Source: Deferrisomatales bacterium (GTDB lineage: Bacteria; Desulfobacterota; Deferrisomatia; Deferrisomatales; JACRMM01). Taken from it: a stretch of 22,627 nt of DNA. The notes under the pieces are model-generated. The model was not told the origin of the DNA. It worked only from the letters and a program-made list of their open reading frames with translations, and searched no databases. Below are positions 9,115 to 17,074 of this stretch, piece after piece. The stretch is taken from positions 1 to 22,627 of the forward strand of contig JAWSUI010000058.1 in assembly GCA_033551855.1 (NCBI GenBank), written 5' to 3'. A program made the translations under genes and the position numbers. The first letter of the stretch is position 1; each line of letters opens with the position of its first letter.

Positions 9115-10374
9115 ATGGATCGGACACAAGGGTTCCTGAATCCGGAAGGCGAGGCGCGCAGTTGGGATGAGCAGGTCGCGGGCCTGGAGGCGGGGTTGGG
9201 CAAGCTCTTGGCCCACGCGTACGCCAACGCCCCGGCCGTTCGCGCGAAGCTCGACGCCGCCGGTGTGGCCCCCCAGGAGATCCGGACCCTGGGAGACCTG
9301 GCGAAGGTGCCGGTCACCTCCAAGATGGAGTTGGTGGAGCTCCAGAAGAAGGACCCGCCGTTCGGAGGGCTGCTGGCCGTGCCCCTCACGGAGATCGCGC
9401 ACGTCTTCCAATCGCCGGGGCCGATCTACGATCCCATCGCCCGGGGAGAAGGGTGGGGCTTCGAAGAGGCGTACTACGCGGCGGGGTTCCGGCCCGGCGA
9501 CCTGGTCGTGAACACCTTCGGGTATCAGGTGACCCCCGGCGGCATGATGTTCGACGACAGCATGCTCAAGGCCGGTTGTGCCGTGGTTCCCATGGGGGGA
9601 GGCGAACGGGAGACCCAGGTGGAGATCCTGCGCCGGCTCGGGGTCACCGGGTATCTGGGGATGGCGTCGTTCCTGATGCAGATTGCCGAGAAGGCGCGGG
9701 AGATGGGCCTCGACCCCCGGCGCGACTTCTCCCTCGAGGTGGCCTGGAGCATTGCGGAGCCGCTCCCTCCCAGCCTGCGCCAGGCCGTGGAGGACACCTT
9801 CGGGTGCCTGTGCCGGCAGGGGTACGGGACCGCCGACGTCGGGTGCATCGGGTTCGAGTGCTTCCACATGGGAGGGTGGCACGTGACCTCGCGGGCCATC
9901 GTGGAGGTCGTCGATCCCACGAACGGGCAGCCCTTGCCTCCCGGTGAGATCGGGGAGGTGGTGGTGACCCTCTTCAGCCAGGCGTACCCGCTGATCCGGT
10001 TCGGCACCGGGGACCTCTCGGCTCTCGACCCCGGCGAGTGCGCGTGCGGCCGTCGGGCCCCGAAGCTCCGGGGCTGGCTGGGGCGGGCGGACCAGTTGGT
10101 GAAGGTGAAGGGGCAGTTCGTGCACCCAGGCCAACTCCAGGGGGTCTTTCGGGAGTTCCCGGAGGTGGAGCGGTTTCGGGCCGTGGTCACCCGGGACGGC
10201 AGTCGCGACCTGCTCACCGTGAAGGTCGAGGGGACATCCGACGCCGGCCTCCAGGCGCGCCTGGAACAGCGGCTCCGGGAGGTGCTCCGGATCGGCGCCG
10301 CCGTTGCTTGGATCGCTCCCGGCACGCTTCCCCAGGACGGCCGGGTCCTGGAGGACGCGCGAACGTGGGAGTGA
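9115..10374 (+). CDS. Phenylacetate--CoA ligase (PaaK/PaaF) family AMP-binding protein, ~419 aa
   Basis: DLAKVPVTSK, PPFGG, AAGFRPGD, QGYGTAD, YPLIRFGTGD, GRADQLVKVKG. Start 9115 (alternative 9109). Confidence 0.88.
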   Translation: MDRTQGFLNPEGEARSWDEQVAGLEAGLGKLLAHAYANAPAVRAKLDAAGVAPQEIRTLGDLAKVPVTSKMELVELQKKDPPFGGLLAVPLTEIAHVFQSPGPIYDPIARGEGWGFEEAYYAAGFRPGDLVVNTFGYQVTPGGMMFDDSMLKAGCAVVPMGGGERETQVEILRRLGVTGYLGMASFLMQIAEKAREMGLDPRRDFSLEVAWSIAEPLPPSLRQAVEDTFGCLCRQGYGTADVGCIGFECFHMGGWHVTSRAIVEVVDPTNGQPLPPGEIGEVVVTLFSQAYPLIRFGTGDLSALDPGECACGRRAPKLRGWLGRADQLVKVKGQFVHPGQLQGVFREFPEVERFRAVVTRDGSRDLLTVKVEGTSDAGLQARLEQRLREVLRIGAAVAWIAPGTLPQDGRVLEDARTWE

Positions 10375-10784
10375 GGGAGCGCGCACAGGCCCAGGGATCC
10401 CGGTCGGGGCGGAGCGCCCCGCCCTACAGCATCGGGGACCTGGCACGTCAGGTGGGTCTCACCCCGCGCACCATCCGGTATTACGAGGACATCGGCCTCC
10501 TGAACAGCGTTCGCCGCATCGAGAGCGGCCGGCGCATCTACACGGAGGAGGACGTTCGCCGTCTGCGGTTCATCAAGCGCCTCAAAGTCCTGGGGCTCAC
10601 CCTCGAGGACATGAAGGAGCTCGAGGATCTCTACCTGACCCACCGGAGCAACGACCGGGTGCTCCCCCGCCTGCTGGAGCTCTTCGACCGGCATATGGCG
10701 ACGCTGGAGGCGCGCATCGAGCAGCTCAGGATCCTGAAGCAGGACATCGAGGGGTACCGCGATCACATCCGGGAGAAGCTGTAA
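10371..10784 (+). CDS. MerR-family transcriptional regulator, LiuR-like, ~137 aa
   Basis: YSIGDLARQVGLTPRTIRYYEDIGLL helix-turn-helix, GRRIYT, LKVLGLTLEDMKEL and a coiled coil. GTGA overlap with the upstream stop. No Cys residues. Confidence 0.92.
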   Translation: MRERAQAQGSRSGRSAPPYSIGDLARQVGLTPRTIRYYEDIGLLNSVRRIESGRRIYTEEDVRRLRFIKRLKVLGLTLEDMKELEDLYLTHRSNDRVLPRLLELFDRHMATLEARIEQLRILKQDIEGYRDHIREKL

Positions 10785-10804
10785 GCCCTCGCAACGGAGG
10801 GCTT
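10783..10804 (+). terminator. Small hairpin at the end of the MerR gene
   Basis: AAGCCCTC-GCAACG-GAGGGCTT, 8-bp stem with no real U tract. Confidence 0.3.
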
Positions 10805-10950
10805 GGAAGGGGCTCGAACCGGTCAGCGCTCTCGCCGGTAGGGAGCCGCACCTTCGCCGACCGGCCCCCCTGGCATCCGGCCGACCCGGTCCTACCGTAT
10901 CCTACGGCCTCTCGGGTCGTCACGCCGTTCGGCGCGAGGAGGAGAAGAGC

Positions 10951-12105
10951 ATGGCCCTGGACTTCGATCTTTCCGCCGAGCAGAACATCCTCCGGCAGAG
11001 CGTGCGGGAGTTCTCCGAGAAGGAGATCCGCCCGGTCGCCAGGGAGCTGGACGCCCGGGAGGAGTTCAGCTACGAGCTGACCTCGAAGATGGCCCAGATG
11101 GGGCTGTTCGGGATCTTCGTCTCCCCCGAGTACGGGGGGAGCGGTCTGGACTACGTCTCGTACATCATCGCCGTGGAGGAGATCGCCCGAGTCGACGGCT
11201 CCCAGGCAGCCACCGTCGCGGCGGGAAACTCCCTGGGGATCGGCCCCATCTACTACTTCGGGAGCGAGGAGCAGAAGCGGCGCTGGCTCCCGAAGCTCTG
11301 TACCGGCGAGCTCCTCGCGGGGTTCGGGCTCACGGAGCCCCTGGCGGGTTCCGATGCAGGGTCCTCCCGGACTCGGGCGGTTCGGGACGGGGGGGAGTGG
11401 GTGATCAACGGGAGCAAGATCTTCATCACGAACGCAGCCACCGACACGACGGGCGTCATCGTCGTGCAGGCAGTGACCGGCAAGAAGAGCGACGGCCGCA
11501 ACGAGCTCTCCTGCTTTCTCGTGCCCGCCGACGCCCCGGGCCTCACCCGCAAGTCCATGCACGGAAAGATGATGTGGCGCTCGTCCAACACGGCCGAGCT
11601 CTACTTCGACGATGTGCGCTTGCCGGGTGACGCCATCCTGGGCCGCCAGGGCGACGGCTTTCGCCAGATGCTCGCGACCCTCGACGGCGGCCGCCTCTCG
11701 ATCGGCGCCATGGGGCTCGGGGGGGCCCAGGGGGCCTTCGAGCTCGCCCTCAAGTACTCCCAGGAGCGAAAGCAGTTCGGGCAGGCGCTGTTCGAATTCC
11801 AGGCGGTCCAGTTCAAGCTCGCCGACATGGCCATGGAGATCGAGGCCGCCCGCAATCTGCTCTACAAGGCCTGCTGGCTCAAGGACAACGGCCGCCCCTT
11901 CGGAAAGCAGGCGGCGATGGCCAAGCTGTACTGCTCGGAGGTCATGGGCCGGGTCGTCAGCGAAGCCGTGCAGGTCCACGGGGGTTACGGCCTCATGCAG
12001 GACTACGACGTGGAGCGGTTCTTCCGCGACCAGAAGCTGCTGACCATCGGCGAAGGCACGAGTGAGATCCAGCGGATGGTCGTCGCCCGGCATCTGCGCG
12101 AGTGA
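10951..12105 (+). CDS. Acyl-CoA dehydrogenase (short/branched-chain, YngJ-like), 384 aa
   Basis: FGLTEPLAGSDA, INGSKIFITNA, ERKQFG, FQAVQFKLADM, QVHGGYG, TIGEGTSEIQR. SD GAGGAGGAG. Confidence 0.95.
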   Translation: MALDFDLSAEQNILRQSVREFSEKEIRPVARELDAREEFSYELTSKMAQMGLFGIFVSPEYGGSGLDYVSYIIAVEEIARVDGSQAATVAAGNSLGIGPIYYFGSEEQKRRWLPKLCTGELLAGFGLTEPLAGSDAGSSRTRAVRDGGEWVINGSKIFITNAATDTTGVIVVQAVTGKKSDGRNELSCFLVPADAPGLTRKSMHGKMMWRSSNTAELYFDDVRLPGDAILGRQGDGFRQMLATLDGGRLSIGAMGLGGAQGAFELALKYSQERKQFGQALFEFQAVQFKLADMAMEIEAARNLLYKACWLKDNGRPFGKQAAMAKLYCSEVMGRVVSEAVQVHGGYGLMQDYDVERFFRDQKLLTIGEGTSEIQRMVVARHLRE

Positions 12106-12180
12106 GCGCCCAGGCGCGGCCGGCGCCGCCCTCCTTCGAGATGGGGTAGGCGGGGGGCCGTTGCCGGGAGGCCCCCGAGG

Positions 12181-13134
12181 ATGGGACAGCTCGACCTCTT
12201 CCTGGATGCCCCTGTGCACCTCCTCGCGGCCATGAGGCTGCTGGAGCGACTCGACCTGGAGGGGTGCCGCAGGGAGCTCGCGCTGCAGCGCCGGGTCTTG
12301 CCGGGGGCGGACCCGGACCCCTCGGGTCTCGAGGGGGCCGCGTCCTGGCTGGAGAGCCGTCTGCCGGGACCGGCCTGCTCGGCTCCCGAGTACGGGGCGG
12401 CGGGTCTCCTCCTGTGCCGCGAGTTGATCGCCGGGCACGCCGAGGCGCTTCGGGGGCTGGGGGAGGGGACGCGGCGGGGCGTGGCCCGGACCCTCGCCGG
12501 TTGGGCACTGGGACGAGCCCGGGGGGAGGGCCTCGGGGAGCGCTCGGAGGTTGTGGACGGCCTGCCCTGGGCCGTGTTCCACCTGTTCGCGGGGCGACCC
12601 GGTGCGGCCCTCGGGCCCCTCCTGGAGCGGGCCCTCGGCGGCGGGGGCGGGAGCGGTGCGTGGCTCGCCCTCGGCGACGCCCTGCGGGCGCAGGGCCGGC
12701 GCGAGGAAGCCCTCGCCGCCTACCGGGAAGGGGCCGGGCTGGACCCCGGGCTGACGGCGTGGCGGCCGGCCGAGCCGCTCGTCGAAGAGCTGCGAAGAGG
12801 GTTCGAGACCGACCCCCTGTTCGGGGGTTCCTGGTGGGTGGTAGGGGCCTACCTGGAGGGGGATCTCCCCCGCTACCGAAGGGCTCCCCCCGCCCTGCGG
12901 GCCGCGAGGTGGCAGCGCTTCGCGGCGCTCCGCGCCGACGGTGCGCCGGCGCCTGTGGTGTTCTTCGGCGGGCTTCTCCTGTCGGAGCAGGGAACGTCGC
13001 TCCCCGACGAGCAGCTCGAGGCGGTCCGGAGGGTCCTGCAGGGCCTCCATCCCGCAGCTTTCGCGCTCCACCGGCAGGCGTTGGCGGAAGGAGGACCTCC
13101 TCTGCCGGCCCGCCCGGAGAGCGGTCTCCCCTGA
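12181..13134 (+). CDS. Hypothetical alpha-helical protein with one TPR-like repeat and an N-terminal QLDLF, 317 aa
   Basis: AWLALGDALRAQGRREEALAAYREGAGLDP fits the TPR pattern. Fills the gap between two co-directional genes. GGGAGG upstream. Confidence 0.7.
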   Translation: MGQLDLFLDAPVHLLAAMRLLERLDLEGCRRELALQRRVLPGADPDPSGLEGAASWLESRLPGPACSAPEYGAAGLLLCRELIAGHAEALRGLGEGTRRGVARTLAGWALGRARGEGLGERSEVVDGLPWAVFHLFAGRPGAALGPLLERALGGGGGSGAWLALGDALRAQGRREEALAAYREGAGLDPGLTAWRPAEPLVEELRRGFETDPLFGGSWWVVGAYLEGDLPRYRRAPPALRAARWQRFAALRADGAPAPVVFFGGLLLSEQGTSLPDEQLEAVRRVLQGLHPAAFALHRQALAEGGPPLPARPESGLP

Positions 13135-13191
13135 CGCGGCGCCCGCCGGCCCCGGCCCCGCGTCATCCCGGGAACCAGAGGAGGACCGCCC

Positions 13192-13680
13192 ATGTCGGAC
13201 AAGGCGTTCCAGGATTTCTACCCGGAGGCGCTCTCCCACTGTTACGGGTGCGGACGGCTCAACCCCCACGGGCTTCACGTGAAGAGCCGATGGGACGGCG
13301 AGGAGTCGGTGGCCACCTTCGAGCCGCGACCCTATCACACGGCGATTCCCGGCTACGTGTACGGGGGGCTCCTGGCGTCGCTCGTCGACTGCCACGGCAC
13401 CGGGACGGCGGCCGCCGCGGCCCACCGAGCCGAGGACCGTGAGATGGGAAGCGAGCCGGCGCTGCGTTTCGTGACGGGATCCCTGCACGTGGATTTTCTG
13501 AAGCCGACGCCCCTGGGGGTGCCCCTGGAGCTGCGGGGGAGGGCAGAGGAGGTGAAGGGCCGCAAGGTGACGGTCGCGGTGGAGGTCTGTGCCGGGGGCG
13601 AGGTGTGCGCCCGAGGAAGGGTCGTGGCCGTCCGGATGCCCGAGAGCTGGGAGCAGGGGCCGAGTCGTCACCCCACATGA
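13192..13680 (+). CDS. PaaI-family hot-dog thioesterase, 162 aa
   Basis: HCYGCGRLNPHGL, PGYVYGGLLASLVDCH, VTGSLHVDFLKPTP. SD GAGGAGGA. Confidence 0.9.
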   Translation: MSDKAFQDFYPEALSHCYGCGRLNPHGLHVKSRWDGEESVATFEPRPYHTAIPGYVYGGLLASLVDCHGTGTAAAAAHRAEDREMGSEPALRFVTGSLHVDFLKPTPLGVPLELRGRAEEVKGRKVTVAVEVCAGGEVCARGRVVAVRMPESWEQGPSRHPT

Positions 13681-13728
13681 CCCGCAGCAGAGCCCGGTGA
13701 CGAGCTACCGGGAGCCCCCGGGGACCGT

Positions 13729-13923
13729 TCAGAGGGCCGAGGGCTTACACAGATTCTCGCTTTGTTGCGCCGTCCGGCCGCAGGTCCGGCAGAGGTACCT
13801 GGGCTCCCCGACGAGGCGGCGAACCTTCTCCGGTGTGCCGCCCTTCTTCACCACGCGGCACAGGTGATAGACTTCCTGGCAGTGCTCCCCCCCGCGACAG
13901 TACTGGGCGGCTCGATCCGCCAT
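13729..13923 (-). CDS. Small Cys/His-rich protein, 64 aa, putative metal binder
   Basis: MADRAAQYCRGGEHCQEVYHLC...PRYLCRTCGR...NLCKP. SD GAGGGAGG before ATG 13923. Confidence 0.75.
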   Translation of the reverse strand: MADRAAQYCRGGEHCQEVYHLCRVVKKGGTPEKVRRLVGEPRYLCRTCGRTAQQSENLCKPSAL

Positions 13924-14158
13924 GGCGCCCCTCCCTCGGCTCGTGGGCTCGCGGTGGCTGTAGTGTCCGGGAGAACCGCAGAGGAGCCAATGGGGGCGCT
14001 CCCGACGTTTCCGGAAAACACACCCCCAGTCAGGCTGCCGCGACGGCAGCAGCCGGGGGAAACCGGGTTTCTCCGCGAAGACGAGGCCGCCGACCGGACG
14101 GCGCGGCGGGAGTGCATCCGGGGGAGGGAACCCGCGGCGGGCGATCGGAGGGACGTGT

Positions 14159-14668
14159 ATGGCGGCTGGGTGGGTAGTGCGCGGCCTCGCGCTGTGGCTC
14201 GCAATGGCCGTCTTGTCGTGCAGTGAGGGTCCCCGGAAGCCGGAATTGGGCCGTCCGGCGCCGGATTTCACCCTCTCGGGCCTGGATGGGACCACCTACC
14301 GGCTGGCCGATCTGAGGGGAAAGGTCGTCTTCGTCAATCTGTGGGCCACGTGGTGCCCCCCGTGCCGCCACGAGATGCCTTCGATGATCCGGTTGTACGA
14401 GCGGTTCCGGGGGCAGGGGTTGGAGATCCTCGCCGTCTCCGAGGATACGGACGAGGCCGAGCTGCGCCGCTTCGTCCGTGCGTACGGGCTGCCTTTCCCG
14501 GTGCTCCGCGACGAGGGCAAGAAGGTGTACGACCTCTACCGGGCCACGGGACTGCCGGAGACCCACCTGATCGACAGGGAAGGGATGCTGCGCGCCTCCA
14601 TCATCGGCCCCTTTGACTGGGACGGCCCCGAGACGGTCGGCAGAGTGCGGGAGCTCCTGGAGAGGTAG
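14159..14668 (+). CDS. TlpA/ResA-like thiol:disulfide oxidoreductase, probable lipoprotein, 169 aa
   Basis: APDFTL, NLWATWCPPCRHEMP, GLPETHLIDREG; lipobox-like AVLSC. SD GGAGG. Confidence 0.93.
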   Translation: MAAGWVVRGLALWLAMAVLSCSEGPRKPELGRPAPDFTLSGLDGTTYRLADLRGKVVFVNLWATWCPPCRHEMPSMIRLYERFRGQGLEILAVSEDTDEAELRRFVRAYGLPFPVLRDEGKKVYDLYRATGLPETHLIDREGMLRASIIGPFDWDGPETVGRVRELLER

Positions 14669-14772
14669 CGCCGTGACGGCACCGGGAGCTCGGGGGAGTG
14701 ATGCCGAAGAGGAGTGGCCCGGGGGGCGGGAGTCCCTGGGGAATCGCGGCCGCAGACCCATGCCGGAAACGT

Positions 14773-14806
14773 GAGAGGGCCGGGAGGCAGCGCTCCCGGC
14801 CCTCTC
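14773..14806. terminator. 14-bp perfect hairpin between convergent tlpA and rpmB
   Basis: GAGAGGGCCGGGAG-GCAGCG-CTCCCGGCCCTCTC, 22 nt past the rpmB stop, followed by ACGTTT on the minus strand. Confidence 0.7.
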
Positions 14807-14828
14807 CGCAGGTGCCGCGGGAGGCGCC

Positions 14829-15020
14829 TCAAGGCGCCTTGAGGACCTTGCCGGAGCGAAGACACCGGGTGCAGACCTTGATCCGCTGAACCCCGCCCCC
14901 GACCTGAGCCCTCACGGTTTGCAGGTTCGGCAGGATGACGCGCTTGGTCTTGTTGTTGGCGTGGCTGACGTTCTGCCCCACAGAGGGGCCCTTCCCGCAA
15001 ATTTCACACGTTCTGGCCAT
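14829..15020 (-). CDS. rpmB: 50S ribosomal protein L28 (zinc-binding C+ type), 63 aa
   Basis: [47 protein letters not shown]. Confidence 0.98.
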   Translation of the reverse strand: MARTCEICGKGPSVGQNVSHANNKTKRVILPNLQTVRAQVGGGVQRIKVCTRCLRSGKVLKAP

Positions 15021-15061
15021 CTCGGTCTCTCCTCTCGGGGCACTTCGCCGAAGAAACGCAC

Positions 15062-15091
15062 TCTATAACACGCCTTGGCTACCACGCTCAA
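15062..15091 (-). promoter_or_regulatory. sigma70-type promoter for rpmB
   Basis: TTGAGC-N18-TATAGA with an extended -10 TG. Confidence 0.5.
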
Positions 15092-15108
15092 GGACCTCTT
15101 GGCTCTCT

Positions 15109-15308
15109 GGATCCACCACTTGGCGCGTGCTCGGGGTCGGGGAGCCCCTCCGCTCCGCCCCGCAATCCGCGATATCCGGACGGGCCGTCGGCGAGGAAGC
15201 GGGTATGCCCCGCTTCACCCGATCTTGCCGGACTCGGCGGGTCGGTCGATGCGGTGCGGGGGTGCTCTCCGGGGCTCCCGGACCCCGCCCCGGGTGTGGG
15301 GGTGGATT
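15109..15308 (+). repeat. Dispersed ~200-bp fold-back intergenic element, copy 1
   Basis: 117/156 nt ungapped identity (15136-15291) to 19218-19373. Inverted repeats at 15133-15148 and 15271-15286. Confidence 0.85.
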
Positions 15309-15453
15309 GGGGGGTCCACGTGGCTTCTTCGGGTTCCCGTGTGCCTCGGGGGTGGCCTGGGGCGCACCGATGGCCCGGCCGTCGGCGGTTTCCGGCGGCC
15401 TCCGTGCGGCAGGGGGTCCTGTAGATGGTTGGGGTGCCGCCGGAAACGCCCCC

Positions 15454-17028
15454 TCAGCGGGTTGCCGCGGGGATCGGGAGGTCGTAGGCGATCAGGCGGG
15501 TGTTCATGGTCCGAAACAGCCCTCCCTCGGTCTGGACCAGGGCGACATAGGCGGTGCGGCCCTCTGGGCGCTGGGGCCCCAGGTCCAGGTCGGGGATGAA
15601 GCCGGGGATCTTCGGGCCCTCGGCCACGGTGGTGAGGGTGAGACCGTCCCAGCGCAAGGCCAGGAGTTGGCCGTGGGAGAAGCTCGCGATGCGTTGGAGA
15701 ATCCGCCCCACACTCGACTGGTTCCTGGCCGTCAGCAGGACCGGCCGGCCGTCATTGCCGACCCAGGACAGGGTCCTGCCCTGGACCCGGAAGATGTCCT
15801 CGTCCTGGCGGCCGCCCACCCGTTCCTCCCCCCTCAGGAAGATGCGGCTTCCCTTGACGGAGTCGGCCCCCTGGAAGACGCGGTTTCCCTCGGCGTCATA
15901 GATCCACAGGGTGTCCCGGCGGCTGGTGATCACGGAAAAGACCCCTCCCGGGTCTCCCGCCGAGACCAGGTCCAGGTTCACCGGGCCGGCCGCCGGGGGC
16001 GCGACGAACGTGCCCTCTTCCCGGTACGTCGAGCCGGTCCAGACGAAGTGCCCCACGGTGGGGCCGAAGAGGTCCTTGCCCAGCCCGGGCGTCCGCCCCA
16101 GGAGGATCGGGCCCCTCTCCGGGTGGTGCACGACACGGAGGAAGGCGTGGAGGCGACTCCCCTTGGGGGCGAGGGCGGACCCGAACCACTCCAGAGCCTG
16201 AGTGACCGGCTGGGTTCCGCTCATCCCCGCGACGAAGAGCTCGGGCAGCCCGTTGCCGTCCACGTCCCCGGCGGAGAGGACCCTCGGCTGGAACCCCCGC
16301 GGGACGGGGCTCTCCCAGGCCCGCACGAGGGCCCCGTCCACGTCGCGGAAGGCGACGATCACGTCATCCAGGAGGAGCAGGATCTCGTGCGAGCCGTCCC
16401 GGTCCACGTCGGCGACGACGAGGCTCAGGGCCTCGCCCGGCACGGTGGGGCCCGCGCGATGGTTCCGCAGGGCGAGGGCCAGGTGGGCTTCCTCCTGCAG
16501 GGGAGACGCACCCGTGGGCGCCTCGGCCGCCGGCAGGCTGGGGATTGGCGAGGGAGCCGGGGCGCGAGGTGGGGCGGGAGCCGGCACGGCCCCTGCCGAG
16601 GCCGGGGGCGCCTCGGAGCTGGCGGCGATCCGGACCAGCGCTTCCCGCAGCCGCGCCGCCACCTGGTCCAGGGCCGGCAGGAGTGCCTCGACGGAGCGGG
16701 CCGTCTCGTAGGTGCGGGTTCCTTCCCCCGTGCCGGTCACCGGCTCGAGGGAGGCGTCGATGCTGTACACGCCTCCCAGGTGGGTGATCGTCATGCGCAC
16801 GGCCCAGGCTTCTTCCCCGGGCTCCTGCGTCTTCACGGTTTCCACCGAGTACCCGGGTCCCGCGAGCCGGCTCGCCAGCATGGATTGGAGGCCGGAGGCC
16901 AGTGCCTCCACATCCCGAGCGTTGTACACCTCCAGAGGACGCACCACCACCCTCTGCTCCGACGCGAGGACCGTCGCACAGGGAAGTAGGAGGAGGGTGA
17001 GAAGCAGACGCAGGGGCGCGCGGGTCAT
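15454..17028 (-). CDS. Secreted FG-GAP/VCBS-repeat protein, ~524 aa
   Basis: Signal peptide (RLLLTLLLLPCATVLA), alpha/beta N-terminal domain, Pro/Ala linker, repeats ADVDRDGSHEILLL and GDVDGNGLPELFVAG. Start 17028 or 17034. Confidence 0.85.
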   Translation of the reverse strand: MTRAPLRLLLTLLLLPCATVLASEQRVVVRPLEVYNARDVEALASGLQSMLASRLAGPGYSVETVKTQEPGEEAWAVRMTITHLGGVYSIDASLEPVTGTGEGTRTYETARSVEALLPALDQVAARLREALVRIAASSEAPPASAGAVPAPAPPRAPAPSPIPSLPAAEAPTGASPLQEEAHLALALRNHRAGPTVPGEALSLVVADVDRDGSHEILLLLDDVIVAFRDVDGALVRAWESPVPRGFQPRVLSAGDVDGNGLPELFVAGMSGTQPVTQALEWFGSALAPKGSRLHAFLRVVHHPERGPILLGRTPGLGKDLFGPTVGHFVWTGSTYREEGTFVAPPAAGPVNLDLVSAGDPGGVFSVITSRRDTLWIYDAEGNRVFQGADSVKGSRIFLRGEERVGGRQDEDIFRVQGRTLSWVGNDGRPVLLTARNQSSVGRILQRIASFSHGQLLALRWDGLTLTTVAEGPKIPGFIPDLDLGPQRPEGRTAYVALVQTEGGLFRTMNTRLIAYDLPIPAATR

Positions 17029-17074
17029 CGACATCCTTTCCTGCGCCCCGGGGCGCGAGATGGGTGCGCGCGGT

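Noticed and set aside
10371..10784. MerR protein as a metal or redox sensor (MerR/CueR/SoxR)
   Set aside because: It has no cysteines, and its context is acyl-CoA catabolism.
10726..13671. 981-aa minus-strand ORF, and similar long ORFs at 5791-8082 (-), 14935-16989 (+) and 9040-10446 (-)
   Set aside because: They are antisense shadows of well-supported genes. Such ORFs are expected in high-GC DNA and show no recognisable motifs.
15332..15390. Tandem second unit after repeat copy 1 (GGTTCC at +223)
   Set aside because: Downstream similarity is about 8/14, which is background level for GC-rich DNA.
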